Positions 36,933 to 46,572 of a DNA stretch of 64,000 nt are shown here, one piece after another. This stretch comes from Kiritimatiellia bacterium (GTDB lineage Bacteria; Verrucomicrobiota; Kiritimatiellia; CAIQIC01; Lenti-01): assembly GCA_040768005.1 (NCBI GenBank), contig JAXGNL010000004.1:18153-82152 (forward strand), given 5' to 3'. How positions within the stretch are numbered: position 1 is the first letter of the stretch; the number at the start of each line of letters is the position of its first letter. Both the position numbers and the translations under genes were made by a program. The notes below the pieces were generated by a model. It was given only the letters and a program-made list of their open reading frames with translations. It was not told the origin of the DNA and did not search any database.

Positions 36933-37848
36933 TCACCGCGGCGCCGGCTTCTCCAGCCCCTTCAGCAGGAAGGGCCAGACCACAAAGATCCACAGCGGGC
37001 ACGCCGCGGCCAGCGCATACATGGCCCCGTTCTCTCCCAGCCACGGCGCCGTCAGCCGCCGCAGATGCCCCATCATCAGCGACAGCACCAGCACGCCCAC
37101 CGCCACCGCCACGATGCGGTAGGCGCCCAGCCGGGCCGGGTCGTAGCGCACATGGGTCCGTTCGATGTGCCAGGCCGCCGCGAATGCCAGCAGCGCCGCC
37201 GCCGCCCGGTACGTGTCGCGCCCGAAGCGGGCCAGGTCCGCCCCCTCCGGGACCGGACGCCAGTGCATGAACGCCATGCCCGCCGCCGCCAGCAGCGCCG
37301 CCCCCCCCAGCACGATCCACGCCTGCGAAGGCGTCTGCTCCGTCCGGCGAACCGCCCGGCACGCCGCCCACACCACCGGAACCGCCAGCAGCCACGACCC
37401 CGCCACGTCCACCGGCGTATGCACGCCCAGATACACCCGGGACACCCCCGTCAGCCCGATCCAGGCCAGCGCCGGAATCCACAGCCACCAGCGCCGCGCC
37501 GCCGCCGCAATCCCCCCCCACAGCAGCGCCGAACTCGACGCATGCCCGCTGGGAAACGAATAACCGAACGCCCCCCACTGCGCGTCGCCCACCGTCAGGA
37601 TCAGCGGATCGCGCACCCACGGACGCGGAATGCAGCAGGCGTTTTTCACCACGCTCGACAGCAGGTCCCCGCCAGCAGCGCCAGTCCCGCCCGGTAGGCC
37701 ACCCTCCCCCGAACACCCAGAACAGCACCCCCAGCACCGCCATCAGCCAGAACCCCTCCCCCATCCCGTCACCCGCAGAAGAATTCCTCGCCCCCGGTGT
37801 GCGGTGCTCCTGCATCCACTTCAGGAAATTCAATCCCAGTTCGTTCAT
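36933..37848 (-). pseudogene. PAP2-family membrane phosphatase, frame-disrupted near codon ~60
   Basis: N-terminal part lies in ORF 36832..37848 (MNELGLNFLKWMQ...VLFWVFGG). PAP2 motifs KNACCIPRP, PSGH and SRVYLGVH lie in ORF 36933..37652 in another frame. By hand there appear to be two closely spaced 1-nt frame slips at G-runs around 37680-37720. Confidence 0.65.
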
Positions 37849-37993
37849 GACGCGTCCCTTCCTTGGACCGCCAACCTAGCACGCCCGGTTTGAGATTGTC
37901 TATTGGCAAACCGGAAGCCGCACGCCCGGAACAAAGCAAAAAAAAGGCGGAACGGCCTGCGCCGTTCCGCCCGTTCGAGGTGCAGCCCTCCGA

Positions 37994-39342
37994 TCAGAAC
38001 CGCTTCCAGAAGTCGGCCGCCTGCTTGCGGGACTCGGCGCAGATCTTCTTTTCGTCGAGACCCTGCAACCGGCCGCCCTGCATCAGCACCTTGCCGTTCA
38101 CGATGGTGGAATCCACCCGCGCCGCGCAGATGCCGAACAGGTAGTGGCCGAGGAACGTGTTGCCGTTCATCGGGGTCGGCGGCTGGTAGTCCATCACCAC
38201 CACGTCGCCGTAGCACCCTTCTTCAGCTCGCCCACCGGGCGGTTGAAAGCGGCTGGCGATCTGCGCGTTGTTCTTCATCAGCAGGTTGCAGGCCTCGACA
38301 AAGAACACCTGCGAATTCTTCGCGGCGTGCTTGTGGAAGACGTTGGCCACGCGGACCTCCGCCTTCATGTCGGTGGTCATGGCGTCCGTGCCCAGCCCGA
38401 CCAGCACGCCCTTCTCCATCATCTTCATCACGGGGGAGACGCCCACCGCGTTGTTCATGTTGGATTCGGGATTGTGCACCGCGCAGGTGCCGGTCTTGGC
38501 CATCAGCCCGATTTCCTTGTCGCTGACGTGCACGCAGTGGATCGCCAGCGTCTTGGGCCCCAGCCCGCCCGCCGCATGCAGCCGCTCGATCACGGACTTG
38601 CCGTACTGCTTCTTGTTCGCCACCTGGTCGGCCTTGTCTTCGGCGATATGCACGTGCATCCCGCAGTCGAACTCCCGGGCCAGGTCGCAGGATTTCTTCA
38701 GCGACTTGTCGTTCACCGTGAACAGCGCGTGCAGGCCCATCATCCCCGACACCAGGTCGTCGCCCTTTTCCGCTTCGCCTGGATCTTCTTGAGGAACTGG
38801 ACGTTCTCTTCGATGCCTTCCCCGCCCTTCTTGTAGCGGTCGGAAATGCCCAGCGTCAGCACGCTGCGCACCCCGGCCTTCCGGCAGGCCTTTTCGATCA
38901 CCGACAGGCTGCCGGTCTGGAAGCTCTGGCTTTCGTGGTGGTCGATAATGGTGGTCGTGCCGTTCTTGATGCAGTCAATCAGCGGAATCAGGCTGCTGTA
39001 GAGCACGTCCTTGCCGTTCAGGGCCTTGTCCAGCGGCCACCACAGGCGTTCGAGCACCTCGACGAAATTGGTCGCCGGCGGCTGCTTGGGCGAGAGCCCG
39101 CGGCAGAACGTGGAATACAGGTGCATGTGGGCATTGATGAAGCCCGGCATGATGACCTTGCCCCCGGCGTCCAGCACCTTCGCGCCGCGCGCCTGCTTCT
39201 TCACCGCCGCGGCCTTGCCGACCGCCTGGATCACGCCGTCCACCACCAGCACCGCGCCGTCGCTGATGATCCGGTTGTTGTCGCCCAGGGTCACCACGGT
39301 TCCGTTGGTGATCAGCAGGGACTTGCTCTTCTTCTGCGCCAT
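37994..39342 (-). pseudogene. ATZ/TRZ-family amidohydrolase (SsnA / chlorohydrolase-like), one frame break
   Basis: ATG 39342 with an AGGAGA ribosome-binding site. N-terminal part (MAQKKSKSLLITNGTVV...PGFINAHMHLY...) lies in ORF 38740..39729. The remainder (GMMGLHALF...HVHIAED...HCVHVSDKE...GTDAMT) lies in ORF 37994..38752 in a different frame. The junction is at about 38750. Confidence 0.7.
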
Positions 39343-39404
39343 GTTGTTCTCCTCTTTTGGGTGTTCAAACGAATCACGGGGCCGGACGGCCCGTGAGCAG
39401 ATGG

Positions 39405-41917
39405 CTAGGCGTGCATCGCCTGCTTCTCTTTCGGCGTGCGGTCGCGCAGGCGAAGCGCCTTCGCGGGGCACTGCAGCACGCACAGGCTGCACCCGATGCA
39501 CTTGGACGGATCCGTCTCCGGATAGCCTTCCGAATTCAGCGAAATCGCCAGGTACGGGCAGCGCGTGCAGTTGCCGCACTGGACGCACAGGTCCTCGGTG
39601 CAGTCGGAAATCTGCTTGGTGCCGTCCAGGTCCATGAACCCGCGGATCGGGTCGGGCTGGGCGATGCCCACCAGCTGCGAAACCGACTTGATCCCGCGCG
39701 CCTGCATCAGATGGCTCAGGCCCGAGCACAGCTCGTCAATGATCGCGTAGCCGTGCTTCTCGACCACGGTGCAGAACTGCACGGTGTTGGTGCCCAGCGC
39801 CAGGAAGTCCGCCGCCGCCTTGTAGTTCACCGGGCCGGCGTTGCCGGAGATGGTCACCCCCAGGCCGCCGGCGCTCGCGAGGCACAGGTAGCTGACCGGG
39901 GTGATGCCCTCGCCGCTGATGCCGGAGACCACGCCGTCCTCCCAGACCTTCGGGCCCGGCTTGAACGCCAGCGACGGGAAGGTGTTCGCCAGCGTCACGC
40001 CCGCCTTCGATTTCGGATACCGCTCCAGCACCGGCTTGATCGCCTTCAGGATGCTCTTGATGTCCGTCACCGCGCTCGTCAGCTTGAACAGCTTGGGAAT
40101 GGCGGGGTTGCCGACCTCCAGCACCCAGCCGATGATCTTGGCCGACAGCGCCGCGTTCTGCGAAACGATGTCGCCCTCGGCGCCTTCGCCGCCCTGCGGG
40201 CAGGACAGGCTGTATTCGATCACCATCGCGCCCCGCCTTCTCCAGCTTGCGCGTGTTGCTCTGCCAGCTCTTGCGGTCGCTCGCGTCGTTGCCCGACACG
40301 TTGCCGCCGGTGGACGCGCCGGTCAGGCGGTCGGGATATTCCTGATCAGCCGCTTGACTTCCTTGCACACCCGGTCAATCGGGTGGTCCGACACGTTGTC
40401 GCAGTTGCCCCACGTCGTGTCGTTGAAGCACGTCATGTAGGCCGCCGGAATGTGGATCAGCAGGTTGTCGAAAGCGGTCTTCATGATGCCGCCCGCCCAG
40501 CCCGCCTCGTAGGCCTTCTTCATCTGTTCGTAGCCGTCCGACGCCGGCGACGCCGACAGCAGGAACGGGTTGATCAGCTTGCGGCCGAAGAAATCGGTCT
40601 GCAGCGAGACCGGCACCTGGTTGTAGCCTTCGACCAGCACGCGGCTCTTCTTCGGATCCGGCACCTTCGGGGCCTTCTGGCGGTTCAGCTCCGCATCCAC
40701 CGCCATCGCGCAGTTCTTGCCCGCGCCGAGGCCGTCACCACGAACGTCGGGCCGTTCGCGATGTCGCCCGCGTAGTACACGCCCTTGGCCGGCTTGACGG
40801 GAATCGTCCCGCGCGCGCCGATCGCCATGACGACCGCCCGGATGTCCCCGCGCGTCTGCTCCGTGCCCGCCACGTCCTTCAGCGCGCCCACGTTGAACGT
40901 TTGGCCCGCCGGCAGCTCGACCTTCTGCGTCCGGATCCCGGCGACCTTGCCGCCCTTTTCCAGAATCCCGACCACGCGCATGCGGCCGTTCACATCAATG
41001 CCGTGCTCCACCAGGTCCTGTTTCTCGCGCGTGGTCAGCGGCATCTCGCCGACGTTCTCCAGCGCGATCATTTCGACGGACCTGGCGCCCGCGAGCTTCG
41101 CCGCCACCGCGCAGTCCAGCGCCGTCGCGCCGCCGCCGACCACCGCCACCTTCTTGCCGCGCACCCCGAAGCTCTTCGGCTTCTTCAGGGAAGTCAATCC
41201 CGCCGATCGCCAGCTCTTTGTTCGGAATGTTCAGAATGATCGGCTCCCACAGGCCCGCCGCGACGATTACCGCCTTGTACCCCTTCTTCAGCAGCGCCTT
41301 GGGGTCGGTAATCTTCTGGCCGGTCTTGAGCTGGATGCGGCCGCCGCCCATTCCCAGGCAGAACGCGACGTCCTTCTCGAGCATTTCCTTGTACAGGCGG
41401 TGCTCCGGAATCAGCCGGCACATGCCGCCGCCCTTGTCGTTTTGCTCGAAAATATCGACCTTGTAGCCCTTCTGGACCAGCGTGACCGCCGCCGCAAGGC
41501 CGCCGGGCCCGCGCCGATCACCGCCACCTTGCGGCCGTTGAGCTTCGCCTTCGCGAAGGCCGGAAACACGCCGTACCCGCGCGCCTTCGCCACGATCGTC
41601 GCCTGCACCGCCGGTATGTTCACCGCGCAGTCCATTTTCTTGTGCACGCACGCGCCCATGCACAGCGTGTCCGGACACACCATCCCGCAGATGCCGCCCA
41701 GCGGATTCTTCGACATGATCTCCGCCGCCGCCCGCTGGAAGTCCGCCGGCGTCCCCAGCTTCACCGCCATGATGAAATCCGCCGGCGAGCAGTCGCACGG
41801 ACAGGCTTCCTTGCAGGGCTTCTCTTCGCAGAATTCGCACTTTTCAATTTCGGCCCGCAGCTGGGCATCGGTCAGAATCGGGTTGTTGAACAACATCCGC
41901 TTGGCGCTAATCGTCAT
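39405..41917 (-). pseudogene. fused PreT-PreA (eukaryote-DPD-like) dihydropyrimidine-dehydrogenase-family oxidoreductase, about 5 frame breaks
   Basis: Five successive track ORFs on the minus strand carry consecutive parts of one protein. ORF 41411..41917 has N-terminal 4Fe-4S helices (CEFCEEKPCKEACP) and the first Rossmann fold (GRKVAVIGAGPA). ORF 40995..41840 has the FAD domain. ORF 40685..41197 has the second Rossmann fold (KKVAVVGGGATALD). ORF 40323..40706 has the DHOD-like N-terminus (NPFLLSASP). ORF 39405..40226 has the TIM-barrel plus C-terminal 2x[4Fe-4S] ferredoxin (CVQCGNCTRCP ... CIGCSLCVLQCP). No stop separates the PreT-like and PreA-like parts. Confidence 0.75.
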
Positions 41918-42186
41918 GTCTTGTCTTCTCCTGGGGGTTCACCTGGATTCGTTGAGAATCGGTCGCAAAATCTAACAGCCCGCCCCCCCCTTGCCAACCT
42001 TTGATTGCGCTCAACCGCGAATTCCGTCGAACCGTTTCGACAGCCGGGACGCCCGCCGCATCCGTCCTCGCCTCCCCGGCTCGATCCTCCATCCGGTCCG
42101 GTGAACCCTCCGCAAGGAAAGGCTTTCCCTCCGGAGAAATTCCGCCTAGGATGCCTTCCTGTTCAATTCAGAACCCAGGAGTGTTT

Positions 42187-42903
42187 ATGAAACCGATCCG
42201 CCTGATTCCGTTCCTGCTGCTGGCCGTCTTTCTCGCAGTCCCCGCGTTGGCCCAGCAGGCGCCGTCCACGCCCTGGATGCAGTTCGAGCAGGAACTGGGG
42301 CTGGCCACCACCTACTCCGTGGACATGACCATCCAGGCGATGGGCATGAACATGGAATCGAAAATCATCCGCGACGGCGGCAAGACCCGCACCGAAATGG
42401 TCATGCCGTTTTTCAATCTCAAAACCGTCATTCTGGAAATCCCGGAAAACGGGCGGACGGTTTCCTATTCCCTGTTCCCGGAAAAGCAGAAGTATCTGCT
42501 GAACGAAGAAGACGACGACGCAACGCCGGCGGCCGCGCCGAAGATCGAAGAGCTCGGGACGGAAACCGTGGACGGCGTGGCATGCACCAAGCGGCGCATC
42601 CGCATGACCGAAGACGGCGTCTCCAGCGAAGTCACGATGTGGTTCTCCCCGGCGCAGAAGAACATGCCGGTCAAGATGGTGGCGGCGGCGGACGTGCCCA
42701 TGCAGCCCGGCCAGCCCGGCATGCCCATGCAGTCCACCATCCTGTTCAAGAACTACGACTTCTCCACCCCCGCCGCCGGCCTGTTCGAGGTGCCGGCCGG
42801 CTATGCGAAGATCAGCGACATGATGGAAGTCATGATGGACGGGTCCGCCGGCGGACTCGGCGCCCTCATGCAGCAGATGCAGCAGATGCAGGTCGAGGAA
42901 TAG
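42187..42903 (+). CDS. secreted DUF4412/LolA-like fold protein (hypothetical)
   Basis: Signal peptide MKPIRLIPFLLLAVFLAVPALAQ. Lower GC and different codon usage compared with its neighbours. Confidence 0.5.
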   Translation: MKPIRLIPFLLLAVFLAVPALAQQAPSTPWMQFEQELGLATTYSVDMTIQAMGMNMESKIIRDGGKTRTEMVMPFFNLKTVILEIPENGRTVSYSLFPEKQKYLLNEEDDDATPAAAPKIEELGTETVDGVACTKRRIRMTEDGVSSEVTMWFSPAQKNMPVKMVAAADVPMQPGQPGMPMQSTILFKNYDFSTPAAGLFEVPAGYAKISDMMEVMMDGSAGGLGALMQQMQQMQVEE

Positions 42904-42910
42904 ACCGGCG

Positions 42911-43744
42911 TCAGTATACGTCCGGCACGAAGTGCTGGTCGGACAGCGGCGGGCGCACATAGCCCCGCCGCTTTTGTTTCGGCGGCAGCTTGATCGGGGC
43001 GGGCGTCAGGTCCTTGTAGGGAACCTGCTGCAGCAGGTGGTGGATGCAGTTCAGCCGCGCCCGCTTCTTGCTGTCGGCATTGACCACGTTCCAGCGCGCC
43101 TGCGGAATGTCGCATACCTCGAACATGCGGTCCTTCGCCTTGGAGTAGTCCACCCAGCGCGACCGCGCCGTCAGGTCCATCGGGCTGAGCTTCCAGCGCT
43201 TGGTCGGATCGTCGATCCGCGCCTTGAACCGCTTCTCCTGCTCCTCGTCCGACACCGAGAACCAGTACTTGATGAGAAGGATGCCCGACCGCACCAGCAT
43301 GCGCTCGAATTCGGGGCAGGACCGGAAGAACTCTTCGTATTCCTCCTGCGTGCAGAAGCCCATGACGTGCTCGACGCCGGCGCGGTTGTACCAGCTGCGG
43401 TCGAACAGCACCATCTCGCCCGCCGCCGGCAGATGGGCCACGTAGCGCTGGAAATACCACTGGCTCTTTTCCTTGTCGGTGGGCACACCCAGCGCCACCA
43501 CCCGGCAGTTGCGGGGATTCAGCCGCTGCGTGATGCGCTTGATCACCCCGCCCTTCCCCGCCGCGTCGCGCCCCTCGAACACCACCACCACCTTCAGCCC
43601 CTTGGCCTTCACCCACTCCTGCAGCTTCACCAGCTCCACCTGCAGCTTTGCCAGCTCGTCGGTGTAGGTCCAGTGCTTCTTGGGCTTCGCTGCCGCCGGT
43701 TTCGGCTTCCCCGCCTTTTTAGCGTTCTTCGTCTTCATGCGCAC
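42911..43744 (-). CDS. polyphosphate kinase 2 (PPK2)
   Basis: Walker A-like FEGRDAAGKGG, lid region, ~275 aa single-domain PPK2. The N-terminal Lys-rich tail is typical. Confidence 0.85.
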   Translation of the reverse strand: MRMKTKNAKKAGKPKPAAAKPKKHWTYTDELAKLQVELVKLQEWVKAKGLKVVVVFEGRDAAGKGGVIKRITQRLNPRNCRVVALGVPTDKEKSQWYFQRYVAHLPAAGEMVLFDRSWYNRAGVEHVMGFCTQEEYEEFFRSCPEFERMLVRSGILLIKYWFSVSDEEQEKRFKARIDDPTKRWKLSPMDLTARSRWVDYSKAKDRMFEVCDIPQARWNVVNADSKKRARLNCIHHLLQQVPYKDLTPAPIKLPPKQKRRGYVRPPLSDQHFVPDVY

Positions 43745-43787
43745 TCCTCATGGTTATCGCCGGGGCTTGCCAAGGCCTGTCCTGGTT

Positions 43788-44051
43788 TCATGTCCGATAA
43801 GCGTCCTTGCGATGCCGCACCCTGACAATGACAAGGACAAGAATCCCCGCATGGATTTCATAAATGATGCGATAATCGCCGATCCGGATCCGAAACGCAT
43901 TCTCAACGCCAGTCAACTTCCGACTGCCGACAGGATTGGGGCTGGAGGCCAGAGACTCGACGGCGGCGAGCACTTTGGGAACAATGGAACGGTCAAGGCG
44001 TCTCAATTCCCGAATCGCGGATGACTTCCATTCAATCCGGAAGGTATCCAT
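43788..44051 (-). CDS. RelE/ParE-family type II toxin
   Basis: 87 aa ending in GDYRIIYEIHAGILVLVIVRVRHRKDAY. Overlaps the upstream antitoxin by 20 nt. Confidence 0.75.
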   Translation of the reverse strand: MDTFRIEWKSSAIRELRRLDRSIVPKVLAAVESLASSPNPVGSRKLTGVENAFRIRIGDYRIIYEIHAGILVLVIVRVRHRKDAYRT

Positions 44052-44238
44052 CCGATTTCAACTCCTTGACCAGCTGGTCATGGGGAACGGTTGGCTCGGA
44101 GAGCCGTTCGGTCAAGGAGGCCAGGTCGTCCAGATCCTCCAGCAAGGCATGATATTCCTCAAGAGACAGTACAACACCTGTCTGACGGCCTTCCGGATCA
44201 ACAATGAATTGGGGATGAAGGGTTGTTGCTTTGGTCAT
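44032..44238 (-). CDS. type II antitoxin (Phd/YefM/DinJ-like)
   Basis: 68 aa, acidic C-terminus. Sits directly upstream of and overlapping the RelE/ParE gene. Confidence 0.65.
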   Translation of the reverse strand: MTKATTLHPQFIVDPEGRQTGVVLSLEEYHALLEDLDDLASLTERLSEPTVPHDQLVKELKSDGYLPD

Positions 44239-44293
44239 AGGCCTACCTCATGTGACTCGAGCCTAATTCACTCCTTGCAGAAACTCAACCCAA

Positions 44294-46519
44294 TCATTCC
44301 ACGGCGATTCGCACGCGGTCGCTGAGCCCGCGGGCGCTGGCGCAGACGATCTGATGGTTGCCGGGTTCCAGCGGCCAGAACAGGGATTCGCCGGGGCGGG
44401 AGCGTCCCACGGGGCGGTCGTTGACGAACCAGTGCAGCGTCTCGCCGGGGGTCTGCGAGGCGGCCTGCAGCGCCAGGCGCTGGCGCAGGGTGTCGTCGCC
44501 GGGCAGGCGCCGGTACACGCTGTCACCGGCGGGCGACAGGATCCGCAGATCCGCCGTCGGCGACTCCGCAGGCGCGGCCGCCCGGCGTGGAAACGGCGCG
44601 GCCGTGGCCACCGGCAAGCCGCTGTCGCCGGTCTCGTGCGGCAGCGGACAGGGATCGAAGCGCGAGACCCGGGCGATGCTCCAGTCCGAGGCCCGGTGCG
44701 GACACGACGCTCCGGGCGCGCAGCCGCTCTCCCGGCAGACCGTTCGCGGCACGACATCCGCGGGCCGCGCGAAAGCCGGCCCCTCGTTGTCCGGATACAG
44801 CCGCCGGAACACATCCCACGCGATGGGCGTCGCCGCCAGCCGCCCCACCAGCTCGTCGGACCCGGATCCATCCGGATTGCCGACCCAGACCCCCACCACC
44901 ACCTCGGGATTCCACGCGACGGTCCAGGCGTCGCGCAGCCCGGCCGACGTCCCGGTCTTCCAGGCCACCGGCGGCAGGCGGACATCCGCCGCATGGCCCG
45001 TGGCATCCAGCGCCCGCTCCTCGCCCGACAGGATGTCGGCCACCAGCCAGCAGGCGGCCGGCGAAAACACCGGCGTTCCGTTCAGGGGCGCCGCGTCCTC
45101 CACGAACCGCACCGGCGCCCACTCCCCCCCCCGCGCCAGGCAGGCGTAGGCATTCGCCAGATCCAGCAGCCGGACCTCGGCCCCGCCCAGCACCAGCCCC
45201 AGCCCGTAGTGGTCCGGCGAACGCTCCAGCGTGCCGAACCCCAGCTGCCGCAGCACCGCATGAAACCGCTCCGGCCCGACGCGCCGCACCAGGTCGATCG
45301 CCGGCAGGTTCAGCGAAGTGACCAGCGCCTCGCGCGCCGTGACCCTTCCGCGAAAATCCCGCGAAAAATTCTGCGGCACGAAATCCCGGAATTTCATGGG
45401 AACGTCCTGGAGCATCGTGGCGGGCGTGGCGAGCCCCCGGTCGAACGCCAGCGCATAGGCGAACGGCTTGAGGGTGGACCCCGCGGCGCGCGGCGCGAGG
45501 GCGCCGTTCACCTGTCCGGCGCGGGGATCCCGGTAATCCGGCGATCCCACCAGCGCGCGGATGCCGCCGGTGGCCACGTCGAGCACCACAACGGCTCCGC
45601 CGGCGGCCGTCCGCTCCGCCAGGTGCCGCCGCAGAATGCCCTCGGCCGTCCGCTGCCAGCCCGCATCCAGCGTCGTCCGGACCGCCCCGCCGCCGTCCGG
45701 CGCCGCCGGCACCCCGACCTGCTCGCAAAAATGCGGCGCGCGGAACGGATACCGCCCCGCCCGCACCGTCAGCGGCTGCGCCCAGGCCGCCGCGCGTTCC
45801 GCCGGCGTGATCTCCCCGCACGCTTCCATCCGGTCCAGCACATAGGCCTGGCGTTCCTTCGCCCGCTCGAAATGACGGTCCGGGCGCAGCCGCGACGGCG
45901 ATTGCGGCAGGCCGGCCAGCAAGGCCGCCTCGGCCAGGCTGAGCTGCGCCGCCCCCTTTCCGAAATAGCGACGAGCGGCCGCCTCGATGCCGACGAGGTT
46001 GCCCCCGAACGGCGCCCGGTCCAGGTAGTGCGCCAGGATCTCGCGCTTGGTGCGGCGCCGTTCCAGCTGCAGCGCCCGGAAGGCCTCCACCGCCTTGGTC
46101 CAGAGCGTCCGCCGCCGCGGTTCCGTCATCCGGATGACCTGCGTCGAAAGGGTCGAAGCGCCCGACACCCGGCGCCCGAACCAGAGGTTCTGGCCGACGG
46201 CCCGCGCCAGCGCCAGCGGATCGATTCCGCCGTGCGTCCAGAAGCGCTGGTCCTCGGCCGCCACGATGGCCCGCGCGATCCAGTGCTCCGGTTCGGGCCG
46301 GTAGCCGGGGCGGCAATCCATGTCGCCCGTGCCCAGCCGCACCCGCAGCGGTTCCCCGTGCCGGTCCGCCAGCACGACGGCGATCGGCAGCCGGTCCAGC
46401 GCCGCGTCGGGAAACGGAACCCAGCGAACCGCGGCCCAGAACATACCGATTGATATCGTGCAGGCCAATAGAGGTAGGGCGAGGCGTCCCCGCCGAGCCG
46501 GGCTGTTCGAGCGGCTCAC
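44294..46519 (-). CDS. pbpC: penicillin-binding protein 1C (PbpC), glycosyltransferase + transpeptidase
   Basis: GT51 motifs (EDQRFWTHGGID, GASTLSTQ, RKxxE) and transpeptidase motifs STLKP, SRN-like and KTGT. Start uncertain. I chose an in-frame GTG preceding the single TM helix LALPLLACTISIGMFWAAV. The first ATG is at 46444. Confidence 0.8.
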   Translation of the reverse strand: MSRSNSPARRGRLALPLLACTISIGMFWAAVRWVPFPDAALDRLPIAVVLADRHGEPLRVRLGTGDMDCRPGYRPEPEHWIARAIVAAEDQRFWTHGGIDPLALARAVGQNLWFGRRVSGASTLSTQVIRMTEPRRRTLWTKAVEAFRALQLERRRTKREILAHYLDRAPFGGNLVGIEAAARRYFGKGAAQLSLAEAALLAGLPQSPSRLRPDRHFERAKERQAYVLDRMEACGEITPAERAAAWAQPLTVRAGRYPFRAPHFCEQVGVPAAPDGGGAVRTTLDAGWQRTAEGILRRHLAERTAAGGAVVVLDVATGGIRALVGSPDYRDPRAGQVNGALAPRAAGSTLKPFAYALAFDRGLATPATMLQDVPMKFRDFVPQNFSRDFRGRVTAREALVTSLNLPAIDLVRRVGPERFHAVLRQLGFGTLERSPDHYGLGLVLGGAEVRLLDLANAYACLARGGEWAPVRFVEDAAPLNGTPVFSPAACWLVADILSGEERALDATGHAADVRLPPVAWKTGTSAGLRDAWTVAWNPEVVVGVWVGNPDGSGSDELVGRLAATPIAWDVFRRLYPDNEGPAFARPADVVPRTVCRESGCAPGASCPHRASDWSIARVSRFDPCPLPHETGDSGLPVATAAPFPRRAAAPAESPTADLRILSPAGDSVYRRLPGDDTLRQRLALQAASQTPGETLHWFVNDRPVGRSRPGESLFWPLEPGNHQIVCASARGLSDRVRIAVE

Positions 46520-46572
46520 CCGGAGGGTTCGCCCTACCCGAAATCCGCGATCCCGATTGGTCCCTTTCTCCC

